Position numbers and translations under genes: made by a program. A DNA stretch of 64,000 bases from an uncultured Acidobacteriota bacterium (GTDB lineage: Bacteria; Acidobacteriota; UBA6911): the NCBI GenBank assembly GCA_963843575.1, contig CAWJKZ010000015.1, forward strand, positions 192,001-256,000, read 5' to 3'. Position 1 is the stretch's first letter, and each line of letters starts with the position of its first letter. This document shows, piece after piece, positions 20,299 through 29,029 of the stretch. The notes beneath the pieces are model-generated. The model saw only the letters and a list, made by a program, of their open reading frames with translations, made no database searches and was not told the origin of the DNA.

Positions 20299-21777
20299 AT
20301 GCAGGACAAAACCATCAAGAAGTCGCTACAGCGTCAGCTGACCCGACGCGAATTCGGCGGCGCCCTGGCCGCTGCCGGCGCGATCACCCACGCGCCGGCG
20401 TTTCTGAGGGGGCAGAACCTCAACAGCAAACTCAATATCGCGATGATTGCCTGCGGCGGTCGCGCGCTCGACAACATGAACGGCGACGGTGGAACCCGCC
20501 GTGGGCCCGGTGGCGCGGAGGCTGCTACCCCGCCCGGGCCGCCCAAGGGAATCCCGGCCGAGAACATCACGGTCCTCTGCGACGTCAACCAGGACGCCGT
20601 GGACGCCGCGGCCCTGAAATATCCGAATGCGAAAAAGTACAACGATTTCCGCAAGGTTTTCGACAGCCCGAACGACTTCGACGCCGTCATAATCAGCACG
20701 TGCGAGCACACCCATACCGTGGCAACGTACCTGGCATTGACGCACGGCAAGCACGTCTACTGCGAAAAGCCCCTCACTCACGACATCTGGGAAGCCAGGT
20801 TCATTCGTGAGACCGCCGCGAAATATCCGAAGCTCGCCACGCAGACGGGCAACGGCGGGCACGCATCGCCGAGCCGCCGGACGATGAAAGAAATAATCAT
20901 GTCCGGCGCCATCGGGCCGGTGCGCGAAGTGCACATCTGGGCGGGTCGCGCCTGGGGGCTGCAGAACGCCGAATCGGCCAAGAAGTACGACATGCCCCAC
21001 GGCTTCTACAACGGCATCCAGATAACCGAACGATTCAAGGAAGAGATGCCGGTGCCGCCGAACGTCCATTGGGACCTCTGGATCGGACCTGCGCCCATGC
21101 GGCCTTTCCACGCGACCTACCTGCCCGGACCGCGCTGGTACCGGTGGTGGGACTTCGGCAACGGCACCATGAGCGACCTCGGCGGGCACGACAACGACGT
21201 TGCCTTCCAGGTGCTGGACCTCACCCAGCCCCTGACGGTCGAGGCCGTGTCCCCGATCGGCAAGGCGCACCCGGAACTGGCGCCGGCGTCGCTGACCGTG
21301 ACCTACGAGTTCCCGGCCCGCGGCTCGGCCCCGCCGGTGAAGCTGGTCTGGTACCAGGGTGAAGGCCGGCCGCCTCAGTTCGACGCAAGCAAGATGAGTG
21401 AGCGCGCCCAGCTGTTCATCGGAGACAAGGGCATGCTTTACAGCGGTAGCCGCACCACCGGGCCCCAGTTGCTGCCCGAAGAGAACTTCAAGGGCTACCA
21501 GATGCCGCCGGAGACACTCCCCCGTTCGCCGGGTCACTACATCGAGTGGATCCAGGCGTGCAAGGGCCAGGGGCCTGCGGCTGGTTCTCATTTCGGGTAT
21601 TCCAGCTGGGTCACTCAGTCGAATCACCTCGGCAACGTGGCCTACCGGACCGGGAAGAAGCTCGAGTGGGATTTCAAAAACCTGCGTTGCCCCAACGCAC
21701 CGGAAGCCAGCCAATTCATCCGGCGTCCATACCGGAAGGAATGGGAAGGCATCCTGAAGGTACCGGCGGGAGCGTGA
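20299..21777 (+). CDS. Gfo/Idh/MocA oxidoreductase, Tat-exported
   Basis: TRREF twin-arginine motif, HVYCEKP, WDLWIGPAP, WYRWWDFGNG. Confidence 0.92.
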   Translation: MQDKTIKKSLQRQLTRREFGGALAAAGAITHAPAFLRGQNLNSKLNIAMIACGGRALDNMNGDGGTRRGPGGAEAATPPGPPKGIPAENITVLCDVNQDAVDAAALKYPNAKKYNDFRKVFDSPNDFDAVIISTCEHTHTVATYLALTHGKHVYCEKPLTHDIWEARFIRETAAKYPKLATQTGNGGHASPSRRTMKEIIMSGAIGPVREVHIWAGRAWGLQNAESAKKYDMPHGFYNGIQITERFKEEMPVPPNVHWDLWIGPAPMRPFHATYLPGPRWYRWWDFGNGTMSDLGGHDNDVAFQVLDLTQPLTVEAVSPIGKAHPELAPASLTVTYEFPARGSAPPVKLVWYQGEGRPPQFDASKMSERAQLFIGDKGMLYSGSRTTGPQLLPEENFKGYQMPPETLPRSPGHYIEWIQACKGQGPAAGSHFGYSSWVTQSNHLGNVAYRTGKKLEWDFKNLRCPNAPEASQFIRRPYRKEWEGILKVPAGA

Positions 21778-22362
21778 AGCTCGCCGCTTGAGAAGTTCCA
21801 GGAGCCGGAGGTGGAAGGTGAGTACGTGCTCGCCTTCCGCCTCCGACCTCACGCTGGACGACTCAGCCGGGAAGGCGCGTCGGCACTACGCTCGCCGCCG
21901 ATCGATGCCCTCGATCAGCCTTTTCCTCCGCCCGACAGACGCGCATCGGCGAGCATCCTCTGCGAACGCTTGTGGTCTCGCAGATCGCCCCCCCGCCCGG
22001 AGAACCGATTCACGGCGTCCGCACCACAATCGATGGCTGCGTACGTCGGCGTTTTTCCGCGTCCAGAGATACGTTAGCGTAGTTTCGACCGGCACTGATA
22101 AGTCCGCGTGGCACTCACCCAGGCCTGGCTTACCTTCCGGTTTGTGCTCCGCGACTTCCCTCTGTGCTCCCGAATGCTCTCGACGTCAGACGCATAAGCC
22201 CTCCTGCGCGTCGATCGGCTTTTCAGAGCACGTCGGAACAAGATTGGATTCTGCATTACATTTAACTTGCATACCGTGTGAGATGGTTCAATAATCGGCG
22301 CAGATTCGACCTCACAGAAGCAAGCTACGCCATGTGATTGAACAACAGCCTCGGTTGCGAGA

Positions 22363-23304
22363 ATGGTCGAGCGGCGGCGGGTTCTCGGACGGACAGGGTT
22401 ATCGGTTCTCGATGTCGGCTTTGGCGCCTGGGCCATTGGAGGGGATAGGTCCGGCTGGGGCTATGGCCCTACCGACGATCGAACATCTTTGAGGGCTGCC
22501 GAAGCAGCACTCGATCAGGGATGCAATTTTTTTGATACTGCCGACTGGTACGGGCACGGACACAGCGAGGTTTTGCTGGGGAAGGCGCTCAATTCCAGAC
22601 GCTCCGACGCGGTCATTGCCACCAAGGGGGGACTTGACTTCTACCACGGATCAGTGGGCGCAAATTTCCACCCCGCATACCTTCGCTTTGCACTCCACCA
22701 GAGCCTTCGACGCCTGCAGACCGACCATGTTGATGTTTATCAGCTTCATAATCCGCCGCCTGAGATAATCCACAGTTCGACGGTCGTCGACGAACTGAAA
22801 CGTTTGCAGAGCCAAGGCAAAATCCGCTGGCTCGGGATCTCGGCTGCTACAGTCCAAGACGGACTATCTGCCATCGACGCCCTTTGGCCGGACACCATTC
22901 AGATTGCGTATAACATGTTGGCTCCCCAGGCCGCAGCGACGCTTTTCCCCTTGGCCGATGCTCGCGGGGTTGGAGTGATCGCCAGGGAGCCACTGGCCAA
23001 CGGCTTTCTATCGGGGAAATACGGAGTGAACGCGTCTTTCCCGCCGAGCGACATCCGCAGCCATTGGCCTCCCGAGGTCCTCTGGGATGTCGTGAATCGG
23101 GTGCAGATGCTTGCGCCCTATTGCCGGCCGGGAGAAACGATGGCTCAACTGGCCATCCGTTTTGCGCTCGAACCACGTGCTGTGTCCGTGGTGGTCTGTG
23201 GCTGCAAGACTCCTGAGCATGTTGCAGAAAACTTTCGTCAAACCTCAGTCCATACTCAAGCCACTATGAAATCTACGCTGATGAACCGGGAGGTACCGTT
23301 ATGA
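22363..23304 (+). CDS. aldo/keto reductase (first gene of the putative RiPP operon)
   Basis: GFGAWAIGG, FFDTADWYG.GHSE, IATKGG, SLRRLQTDHVDVYQLHNP motifs; ATGA overlap with the next gene. Confidence 0.92.
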   Translation: MVERRRVLGRTGLSVLDVGFGAWAIGGDRSGWGYGPTDDRTSLRAAEAALDQGCNFFDTADWYGHGHSEVLLGKALNSRRSDAVIATKGGLDFYHGSVGANFHPAYLRFALHQSLRRLQTDHVDVYQLHNPPPEIIHSSTVVDELKRLQSQGKIRWLGISAATVQDGLSAIDALWPDTIQIAYNMLAPQAAATLFPLADARGVGVIAREPLANGFLSGKYGVNASFPPSDIRSHWPPEVLWDVVNRVQMLAPYCRPGETMAQLAIRFALEPRAVSVVVCGCKTPEHVAENFRQTSVHTQATMKSTLMNREVPL

Positions 23305-23738
23305 ACGAAACTACGGCCCAACAATCGGCTGGAACATGGGGAAGCCCTGGGGCGTCGCCACAAATGGCGAGCCCGTGCAACATTGCCTCCCTCGCGCCGT
23401 TTCCCCCAATGCTGCAGGAGGCGGTCATGCAAACGGTCCTGGAGGCCAAGTGCGAAAGGGCCACTGATATCTGGTACGACGACGAGGCCAACAAGTCCCT
23501 CGTTGTCATGCGTCTCGGCGTCCAATGGCAGTTGAACGAGACGGCGAGGGCGCTCTGGCTCCGTCTCGGGAAGCGCGTGGGAGAAATCGTCGATGAATTA
23601 AGTAAGGAATACCCCGGCACGGATTCTCAGCAGATCAAATATCTCACCGTTGAGTTCGTTCTGAACGCGACCTCGCACGGGATTGTTGATCTTGTCTCGG
23701 AGCCGCCTGGAGAAAAGGCCAAGAAGAAGCAGTCTTAG
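23301..23738 (+). CDS. PqqD-family stand-alone RiPP recognition element (RRE)
   Basis: LNETARALW...VGEIVDELSKEY..D..I...VEFV..A..HGIV matches the PqqD winged-helix pattern; ~40-aa low-complexity N-terminal extension. Confidence 0.8.
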   Translation: MNETTAQQSAGTWGSPGASPQMASPCNIASLAPFPPMLQEAVMQTVLEAKCERATDIWYDDEANKSLVVMRLGVQWQLNETARALWLRLGKRVGEIVDELSKEYPGTDSQQIKYLTVEFVLNATSHGIVDLVSEPPGEKAKKKQS

Positions 23739-23842
23739 GCGCAACTCGGTTCGTGAACTGTCCGGATCCCCCCCCGCCCCCCCCATGAAGGAACCGTTTC
23801 ATCCCGTGGTTCTCTTCACGTCCGTGGCTATCAGGAATCAAC

Positions 23843-25330
23843 ATGCAACGACACACGATCGACCAGTCCACGTGTTTTGTCCCGTGGCCAACGAACGGGC
23901 GAACAGCCGGGAATGGCGCGATCAGAATCCGGTTGTTTCAACGCGTGGTTGCTCCGTGGACTCAGCCCACCGCCGTCTGGGAGTTCGGACCGCTCACCGG
24001 CTCCGTGGAGGGATTGGATATCTCCTTATGGCGATTCGACCTCCGTTCGATGCGTCTGCGCAGCAGTCAAGGCACGTGCCTGGCTCATACGTTTAGCGAG
24101 GCGAAAAATCTCGATTTTTCGGAACGTATGGTGCTTGAAGTATCGTCATCGACGGTCGGGGGGGCGGGATGGTCTCAATTCGAGGTGGATCTGTTTGTGC
24201 CGCCGGACGAGCTTGATGGGATGAAACGCCGGCTCCGGCTCAGCCGGGTCCCCCCGATCGAATGGTTTTTTGTTGAGCTGACCAACCGATGCAATTTCCG
24301 GTGTGCCTGGTGTCCCAGCGTAAAGATGGCGCGGGGACGCGGCGCCATGCCGCTGGCTCGAGCCAAGGTCTTAATGGAGGAGATCGCCGCCTATCGACGG
24401 CGCCATCCTCTGTTCTCCCTATACGCACAGATCCAGAATCCGGTGTTCCTGCACGTCATGGGCGAGCCTCTCCTGCACCCCGATTTTTTTGAAATCGTCC
24501 GACACGGCCAGGATCTCGGACTGAACTTCTGCCTGGTCACCAATGCGAGCCTCATCAAAGGGGAGATGGTTCGCCGGCTGCTGGAAAGCAACTTGAATTC
24601 GATCGTCCTGAGCCTCAACGCTCCGGACGAGGCCTCCTTCTCTCAAGCGCGTGCCCCCCTTTCGTACGGCCGTCTGGTTGCACAGGTTCAGGAGCTTGTG
24701 CGGGAGCGGTATCGGCGCGGCAGCACGCTTCCGCGCCTGGAGCTTCAACTCATCAATTCCAAACGGGTCCGCTGGTCGGCCTTCCCCCTGGTGGACGAAC
24801 CTGAGCAGGTGGCGCGGCAACTCGTGTTCTGGTCGGATTTCGTGCAGTCGCTGGAGAAAGCGAGCGGTGTCATCTCCTGTGGGCTCGAACCCGCCGAGGC
24901 AGCGCGCTGGCAGACCGTCCTGGAGCGCGAGACCAACGATCGGGGCATCTACTTCGAACTGGGACTGAACCTGTCGCTGACTTTCAAGCTGGCCTGCAAC
25001 TTCGGCAACGAGCTGTTGCCGGACCACCTGAAGGTGCTTGAGACCTCCAGCGGGGTCTGCCACTTCAGGAACGCCTATCGGACGTTTTGCGTGTTCTGGG
25101 ACGGCTCTTGTACTTTTTGTTCGCTTGATTACGACAACGAAGTCAATCTGGGCAATGTCTTTGAACAAGGCATCGATGCGATCTGGACAGGTGAGAGTCT
25201 CACCCGAATCCGCGGTCTGGCCGAACACGGCGTTCTGGCCGAACCGCTGTGTCGCCGTTGCATGGGCACCCTGGTGCCGAGCCGAGTCGCTCGAGAGCCA
25301 TCCGTCCCGAAGGGAGACATCCATGGCTGA
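23843..25330 (+). CDS. radical SAM enzyme with C-terminal twitch/SPASM-like domain and unknown N-terminal domain
   Basis: ELTNRCNFRCAWC, GEPLLHP, TN; C-terminal C..VFWDGSCTFC..D...LGNV...IW...CRRC. Confidence 0.88.
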   Translation: MQRHTIDQSTCFVPWPTNGRTAGNGAIRIRLFQRVVAPWTQPTAVWEFGPLTGSVEGLDISLWRFDLRSMRLRSSQGTCLAHTFSEAKNLDFSERMVLEVSSSTVGGAGWSQFEVDLFVPPDELDGMKRRLRLSRVPPIEWFFVELTNRCNFRCAWCPSVKMARGRGAMPLARAKVLMEEIAAYRRRHPLFSLYAQIQNPVFLHVMGEPLLHPDFFEIVRHGQDLGLNFCLVTNASLIKGEMVRRLLESNLNSIVLSLNAPDEASFSQARAPLSYGRLVAQVQELVRERYRRGSTLPRLELQLINSKRVRWSAFPLVDEPEQVARQLVFWSDFVQSLEKASGVISCGLEPAEAARWQTVLERETNDRGIYFELGLNLSLTFKLACNFGNELLPDHLKVLETSSGVCHFRNAYRTFCVFWDGSCTFCSLDYDNEVNLGNVFEQGIDAIWTGESLTRIRGLAEHGVLAEPLCRRCMGTLVPSRVAREPSVPKGDIHG

Positions 25331-26606
25331 AGTGCTGCTGATCAATCCACCGATGTGGTCCCCAAAAGCCCACAGCTCTTTCACGGGGCTGTGCCCGCCC
25401 TTGGGTCTCGGGTATCTCGCCGCCTGCCTCCAACGGGAGGGCATCGGCGTCGATATTCTGGATTTGGACGTCAGTCCGGATCCTGATGCGGAACTGCGAC
25501 AGGCGTTTGCCCATCGGGCGCCTCGCTTGGTGGGCATTACCAGCCTTACGCAGAACCACTTCCTCGCCTTGCATGTGGCGCGGGCCGTAAAGGCCATGAA
25601 CAGCAAGACCCTGGTCGCCATCGGCGGTCCCCACGTTTCCTACCGTTGGGACGAGGCATTGGCACAACCCGCCATCGACGTCGTCGTGCTCTTTGAGGGT
25701 GAACGCACAATTGTCGAACTCTACCGGCAGGCGCAGCAGGAACAACCGGATTGGAGCGGCATTGCCGGCATCGCCTACCGGAATGGGGGGCATAATGAGC
25801 TGACTTCTCCCAGACCCCGCGAGCAAGAACTGGACCGCATCCCGCATCCGGCGCGCCATCTGCTGCCGATGGGCCGTTACGGAAGGCCCGGCACGATCAT
25901 GACCAGCCGCGGCTGTCCGATGAAGTGCATTTTCTGCATCTCCAGTACCTACGAGGGATGCTACCGCCCGCGCAGCGCGGATGACGTCGTCGAAGAACTC
26001 ACAGTGCTCCGGCACACCTGGGGCCTGCGGGAAGTCTACCTGTTGGACAATGTCTTCACAGTCGACAGTGCCCGGGTACAGAGCATCTGTGCGCAGATTA
26101 TCGAACGGAAACTCGGCATCCGGTTTCACTGTGTGTCACGGGCGGATTACATGACCGAGGAGCTCGCTCGCTGCCTCAAGGCCGCCGGATGCGAACGCAT
26201 CGAGATCGGTGTGGAATCGGGGTCGCAGGAAATCATCGAGGCTTTGAAAAAGCACATTACCCTGGAGCAGGTGTTTCGAGCCGCAGACCTCGTCCTGGGC
26301 GCGGGCATGCAGCCCATGTTCACCTTTCAGATCGGTTCTCCCTTCGAGACCGCCGCCTCACTGGAAAAGACCCATCAGCTCGCGGCTGACTTGCGCTCCA
26401 AAGGGGCCATCACCTTCTTCTCAGTCATGACCCCTTATCCGGGAACGCCCTTCGCTGAACGTGCGGAGGAACTCGGGGTCGTGATCCGAGCGAAGGACTG
26501 GCGGGAGTTCCGGACATCCAACCCTATATGCGACATGCGCTATCTGAATTGCAACAGTTTGCGTCAGGCTTTATACAGGGAATTTCCCCTGCTGCAAGAC
26601 CGCTAG
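25323..26606 (+). CDS. cobalamin-binding radical SAM enzyme (class B methyltransferase-like)
   Basis: PPLGLGYLAA, GGPH, EGE (B12 domain); TSRGCPMKCIFC; GVESG; TPYPGT; ATG 25323 after GGGAG. Confidence 0.92.
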   Translation: MAEVLLINPPMWSPKAHSSFTGLCPPLGLGYLAACLQREGIGVDILDLDVSPDPDAELRQAFAHRAPRLVGITSLTQNHFLALHVARAVKAMNSKTLVAIGGPHVSYRWDEALAQPAIDVVVLFEGERTIVELYRQAQQEQPDWSGIAGIAYRNGGHNELTSPRPREQELDRIPHPARHLLPMGRYGRPGTIMTSRGCPMKCIFCISSTYEGCYRPRSADDVVEELTVLRHTWGLREVYLLDNVFTVDSARVQSICAQIIERKLGIRFHCVSRADYMTEELARCLKAAGCERIEIGVESGSQEIIEALKKHITLEQVFRAADLVLGAGMQPMFTFQIGSPFETAASLEKTHQLAADLRSKGAITFFSVMTPYPGTPFAERAEELGVVIRAKDWREFRTSNPICDMRYLNCNSLRQALYREFPLLQDR

Positions 26607-27704
26607 ATGCGGTCAATACCGCGAGGCACACCCACCGTGACCGGGCCAAGACAGGGCGAAGCCCCGGGATCTCCAGACCACCTTTACCTCGAGATCACGG
26701 ATCGCTGTAATCTCGGGTGCAAGCACTGCTATCTGGGGGCGCACCCCGGCGGCAGGCACATGATGCAGGGCCGGGCTGTGCGCGCAGCGCTGTCGGACTT
26801 TGCCGCCATGGGCGGTCGCACCGTTTCGTTCAGCGGTGGTGAACCGCTGTTGCATCCCGAGTGGAAATCGTTGCTGGCACACGCGGCTCGGCTCGGCCTC
26901 GGGTGCACGTTGATCACGAACGGCACCATGCTCGACAAGGAGGCGATTGACGCCTCGGTGCGTCTGGGCGCGAGGATTGCGCTAAGTATCGACGGGAGTC
27001 AGGCCGCGACCCACGACGCGATTCGGGGCCGCGGGAACTTCGCGCGGGTCCAGACGGCTCTGAAGAATCTCGGGGCGATTGGAGCACAAGGGCAGGTGAT
27101 TGTCTGCTTCACACCCATGAGACGGAATCTGAACGATTTAATTCCTTTGGCCAAAGCGCTCCACCGGGACGGATTTCATCAGCTCTACGTGTCCCTCCTG
27201 GAAGATCGTGGCCGGAAACGAGCCCACGATCGGGAGCTGTCGCTGGACACTGGGGAGCGGGTTCGTTTGTTGACCCAGTTGGTCCTCTTGCTCACCGACC
27301 CGAGCCTGGCAATGCACGTGGATACAGGCCATCTGACGTATTTTTTTGAGCGCCTCCTGGGAAAACCGGATGGGCTCGGCGACCCGATTGAGGGAACCTT
27401 GCGTGTGGCCCCTACGGGCCAAGTCTACCTGAGCGCGTATGTGGATGATGAGGCATTCCGTTTGGGAAGTCTGCAGGAAGCAAACCTGCGGGAGTGCTTC
27501 CTGTCGGAGCGCGTCCGTGTCCTTTATGCGCAAGCCAGAGAACGGCAGGACGGTCTGCCGGCATGTCGCGATTGCCCGCACTGGATCGTGTGTGGTGGTG
27601 GCAGCCCCGCTCGCGCGTATGCGAACAACGGCTGTTTGTCCACCCCGGACGAATTCTGCGAGGCTAAACGTATCTTTCTGGAGCGATGGTACCGTGCAGT
27701 GTGA
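26607..27704 (+). CDS. radical SAM/SPASM-type peptide maturase (degenerate SPASM)
   Basis: EITDRCNLGCKHC, SGGEPLL, TNG, SIDG..HDAIRG.G; C-terminal CRDC.....CGGGS...C......FC. Confidence 0.88.
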   Translation: MRSIPRGTPTVTGPRQGEAPGSPDHLYLEITDRCNLGCKHCYLGAHPGGRHMMQGRAVRAALSDFAAMGGRTVSFSGGEPLLHPEWKSLLAHAARLGLGCTLITNGTMLDKEAIDASVRLGARIALSIDGSQAATHDAIRGRGNFARVQTALKNLGAIGAQGQVIVCFTPMRRNLNDLIPLAKALHRDGFHQLYVSLLEDRGRKRAHDRELSLDTGERVRLLTQLVLLLTDPSLAMHVDTGHLTYFFERLLGKPDGLGDPIEGTLRVAPTGQVYLSAYVDDEAFRLGSLQEANLRECFLSERVRVLYAQARERQDGLPACRDCPHWIVCGGGSPARAYANNGCLSTPDEFCEAKRIFLERWYRAV

Positions 27705-27869
27705 AAGCTGCAGGTACCGCGCCCGGTAAGTTGCTTTAAAAAGTTCAGGGATGCCCATGCGTGCTGTGCACCCCGTGTCTGAGGCAGCCTCCCGGAGGGA
27801 GCATTTATTTCCAATACAAGTCGGAGGCGGCCGGTATCTCCAAACCATAACCGAGGAGAGGAGTTTGTC

Positions 27870-28859
27870 ATGACCGACGAACAACGGATATTCGTACCAC
27901 CGAGTGCCACGGGTTTGACCGCAATGAATCCGGCAGGCGGTGTCCGCATGGGCTACGCCATGGGCGGGGCTCAGAGGATGGCACCCATGATGGGTGGCGT
28001 CCGCATGGGCTACCCCATGGGCGGAACTCAAATGATGTCCCCTATGATGGGTGGTGTGCGCATGGGCTACCCGGCCGTCATGGGATACGTAATGGACGTG
28101 TCGGGCGGTGCGGGCATGATGCCGCGCATGGGAGGAGTCCGCATGGGCTACCCGATGGGCGGTACTCAGATGATGTCCCCCATGATGGGAGGAGTCCGCA
28201 TGGGCTATCCCATGGGCGGTGCTCAGATGATGTCCCCCATGATGGGTGGTGTGCGTATGGGCTACCCATCCGTCATGGGATATGGCGCCGGTGCCGACGT
28301 GACAGGCGGCGCGCGCATGGGAGGAGTCCGCATGGGCTATCCCATGGGCGGTACTCAGATGATGTCCCCCACAATGGGGGGAGTCCGCATGGGCTATCCC
28401 ATGGGCGGTTCTCAAATGATGGCGCCCTCGATGGGTGGCGTGCGCATGGGATACCCTGCCGTCATGGGATATGGCGCCGGCGCGGACGTGACGGGCGGCG
28501 CGCGCATGGGAGGAGTCCGCATGGGCTACCCCACCATGGGCGGTACTCAGATGATGTCCCCCACCATGGGAGGAGTCCGCATGGGCTACCCCATGGGCGG
28601 TTCTCAAATGATGGCGCCCTCGATGGGTGGCGTGCGCATGGGATACCCTGCCGTCATGGGATATGGCGCCGACGTGAACGTGGCGGGCGGCGCGGGCATG
28701 GGAGGAGGCGGTTCTCAGATGATGTCACCCATGATGGGAGGAGTCCGCATGGGCTACCCCATGGGCGGTTCTCAGATGATGTCACCCATGATGGGAGGAG
28801 TCCGCATGGGCTACCCCATGGGCACGCAGCAAATGGGTAGTTTCCGAATGGGAATGTAG
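27870..28859 (+). CDS. Met/Gly-rich tandem-repeat protein; putative multicore RiPP precursor (14 x GGVRMGY)
   Basis: Strong GAGGAGAGGAG RBS; 22-aa unique N-terminus then 14 invariant GGVRMGY motifs; synonymous codon variation between repeats; located directly after the RRE and three radical SAM genes. Confidence 0.85.
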   Translation: MTDEQRIFVPPSATGLTAMNPAGGVRMGYAMGGAQRMAPMMGGVRMGYPMGGTQMMSPMMGGVRMGYPAVMGYVMDVSGGAGMMPRMGGVRMGYPMGGTQMMSPMMGGVRMGYPMGGAQMMSPMMGGVRMGYPSVMGYGAGADVTGGARMGGVRMGYPMGGTQMMSPTMGGVRMGYPMGGSQMMAPSMGGVRMGYPAVMGYGAGADVTGGARMGGVRMGYPTMGGTQMMSPTMGGVRMGYPMGGSQMMAPSMGGVRMGYPAVMGYGADVNVAGGAGMGGGGSQMMSPMMGGVRMGYPMGGSQMMSPMMGGVRMGYPMGTQQMGSFRMGM

Positions 28860-28865
28860 CAACCA

Positions 28866-28893
28866 CTCACCCTCTCCTTCGGGAGAGGGTGAG
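28866..28893 (+). terminator. perfect 12-bp hairpin with cUUCGg loop after the repeat gene (terminator or mRNA stabiliser)
   Basis: CTCACCCTCTCC-TTCG-GGAGAGGGTGAG; only a weak U-tract follows. Confidence 0.6.
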
Positions 28894-29029
28894 ATTCTCA
28901 CATGGCACATCGCAGTGTCGCACCATCGCGTTTCGTCGGCATGAAACCTCGAGGTAACTCCTCAGGCGTATCGAGTGTTGGGTTAGAGAACCAAGGTGCC
29001 TCACCCGGGAACAAGCGAGGCGCAATTCC

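Noticed and set aside
21790-22080. Possible four-helix-bundle or other gene remnant at the left edge of the cluster
   Set aside because: Only vague similarity (RRASAS) and no consistent reading frame.
22267-22295. TTGCAT-17-AATAAT possible sigma-70 promoter for the RiPP operon
   Set aside because: The -10 element lacks the conserved first T; too weak to call.
27138-28607. 489-aa His-rich ORF on the minus strand (HGIAHADSSH repeats)
   Set aside because: Antisense shadow of the ATG-rich repeat gene (CAT = His); it overlaps the rSAM gene and has no RBS.
27870-28859. Regularly spaced DNA repeats (GTCCGCATGGGCTACCC) resembling a CRISPR array
   Set aside because: The repeats are in frame, vary at synonymous positions, have mutually similar spacers, and no cas genes are present; this is a coding repeat.
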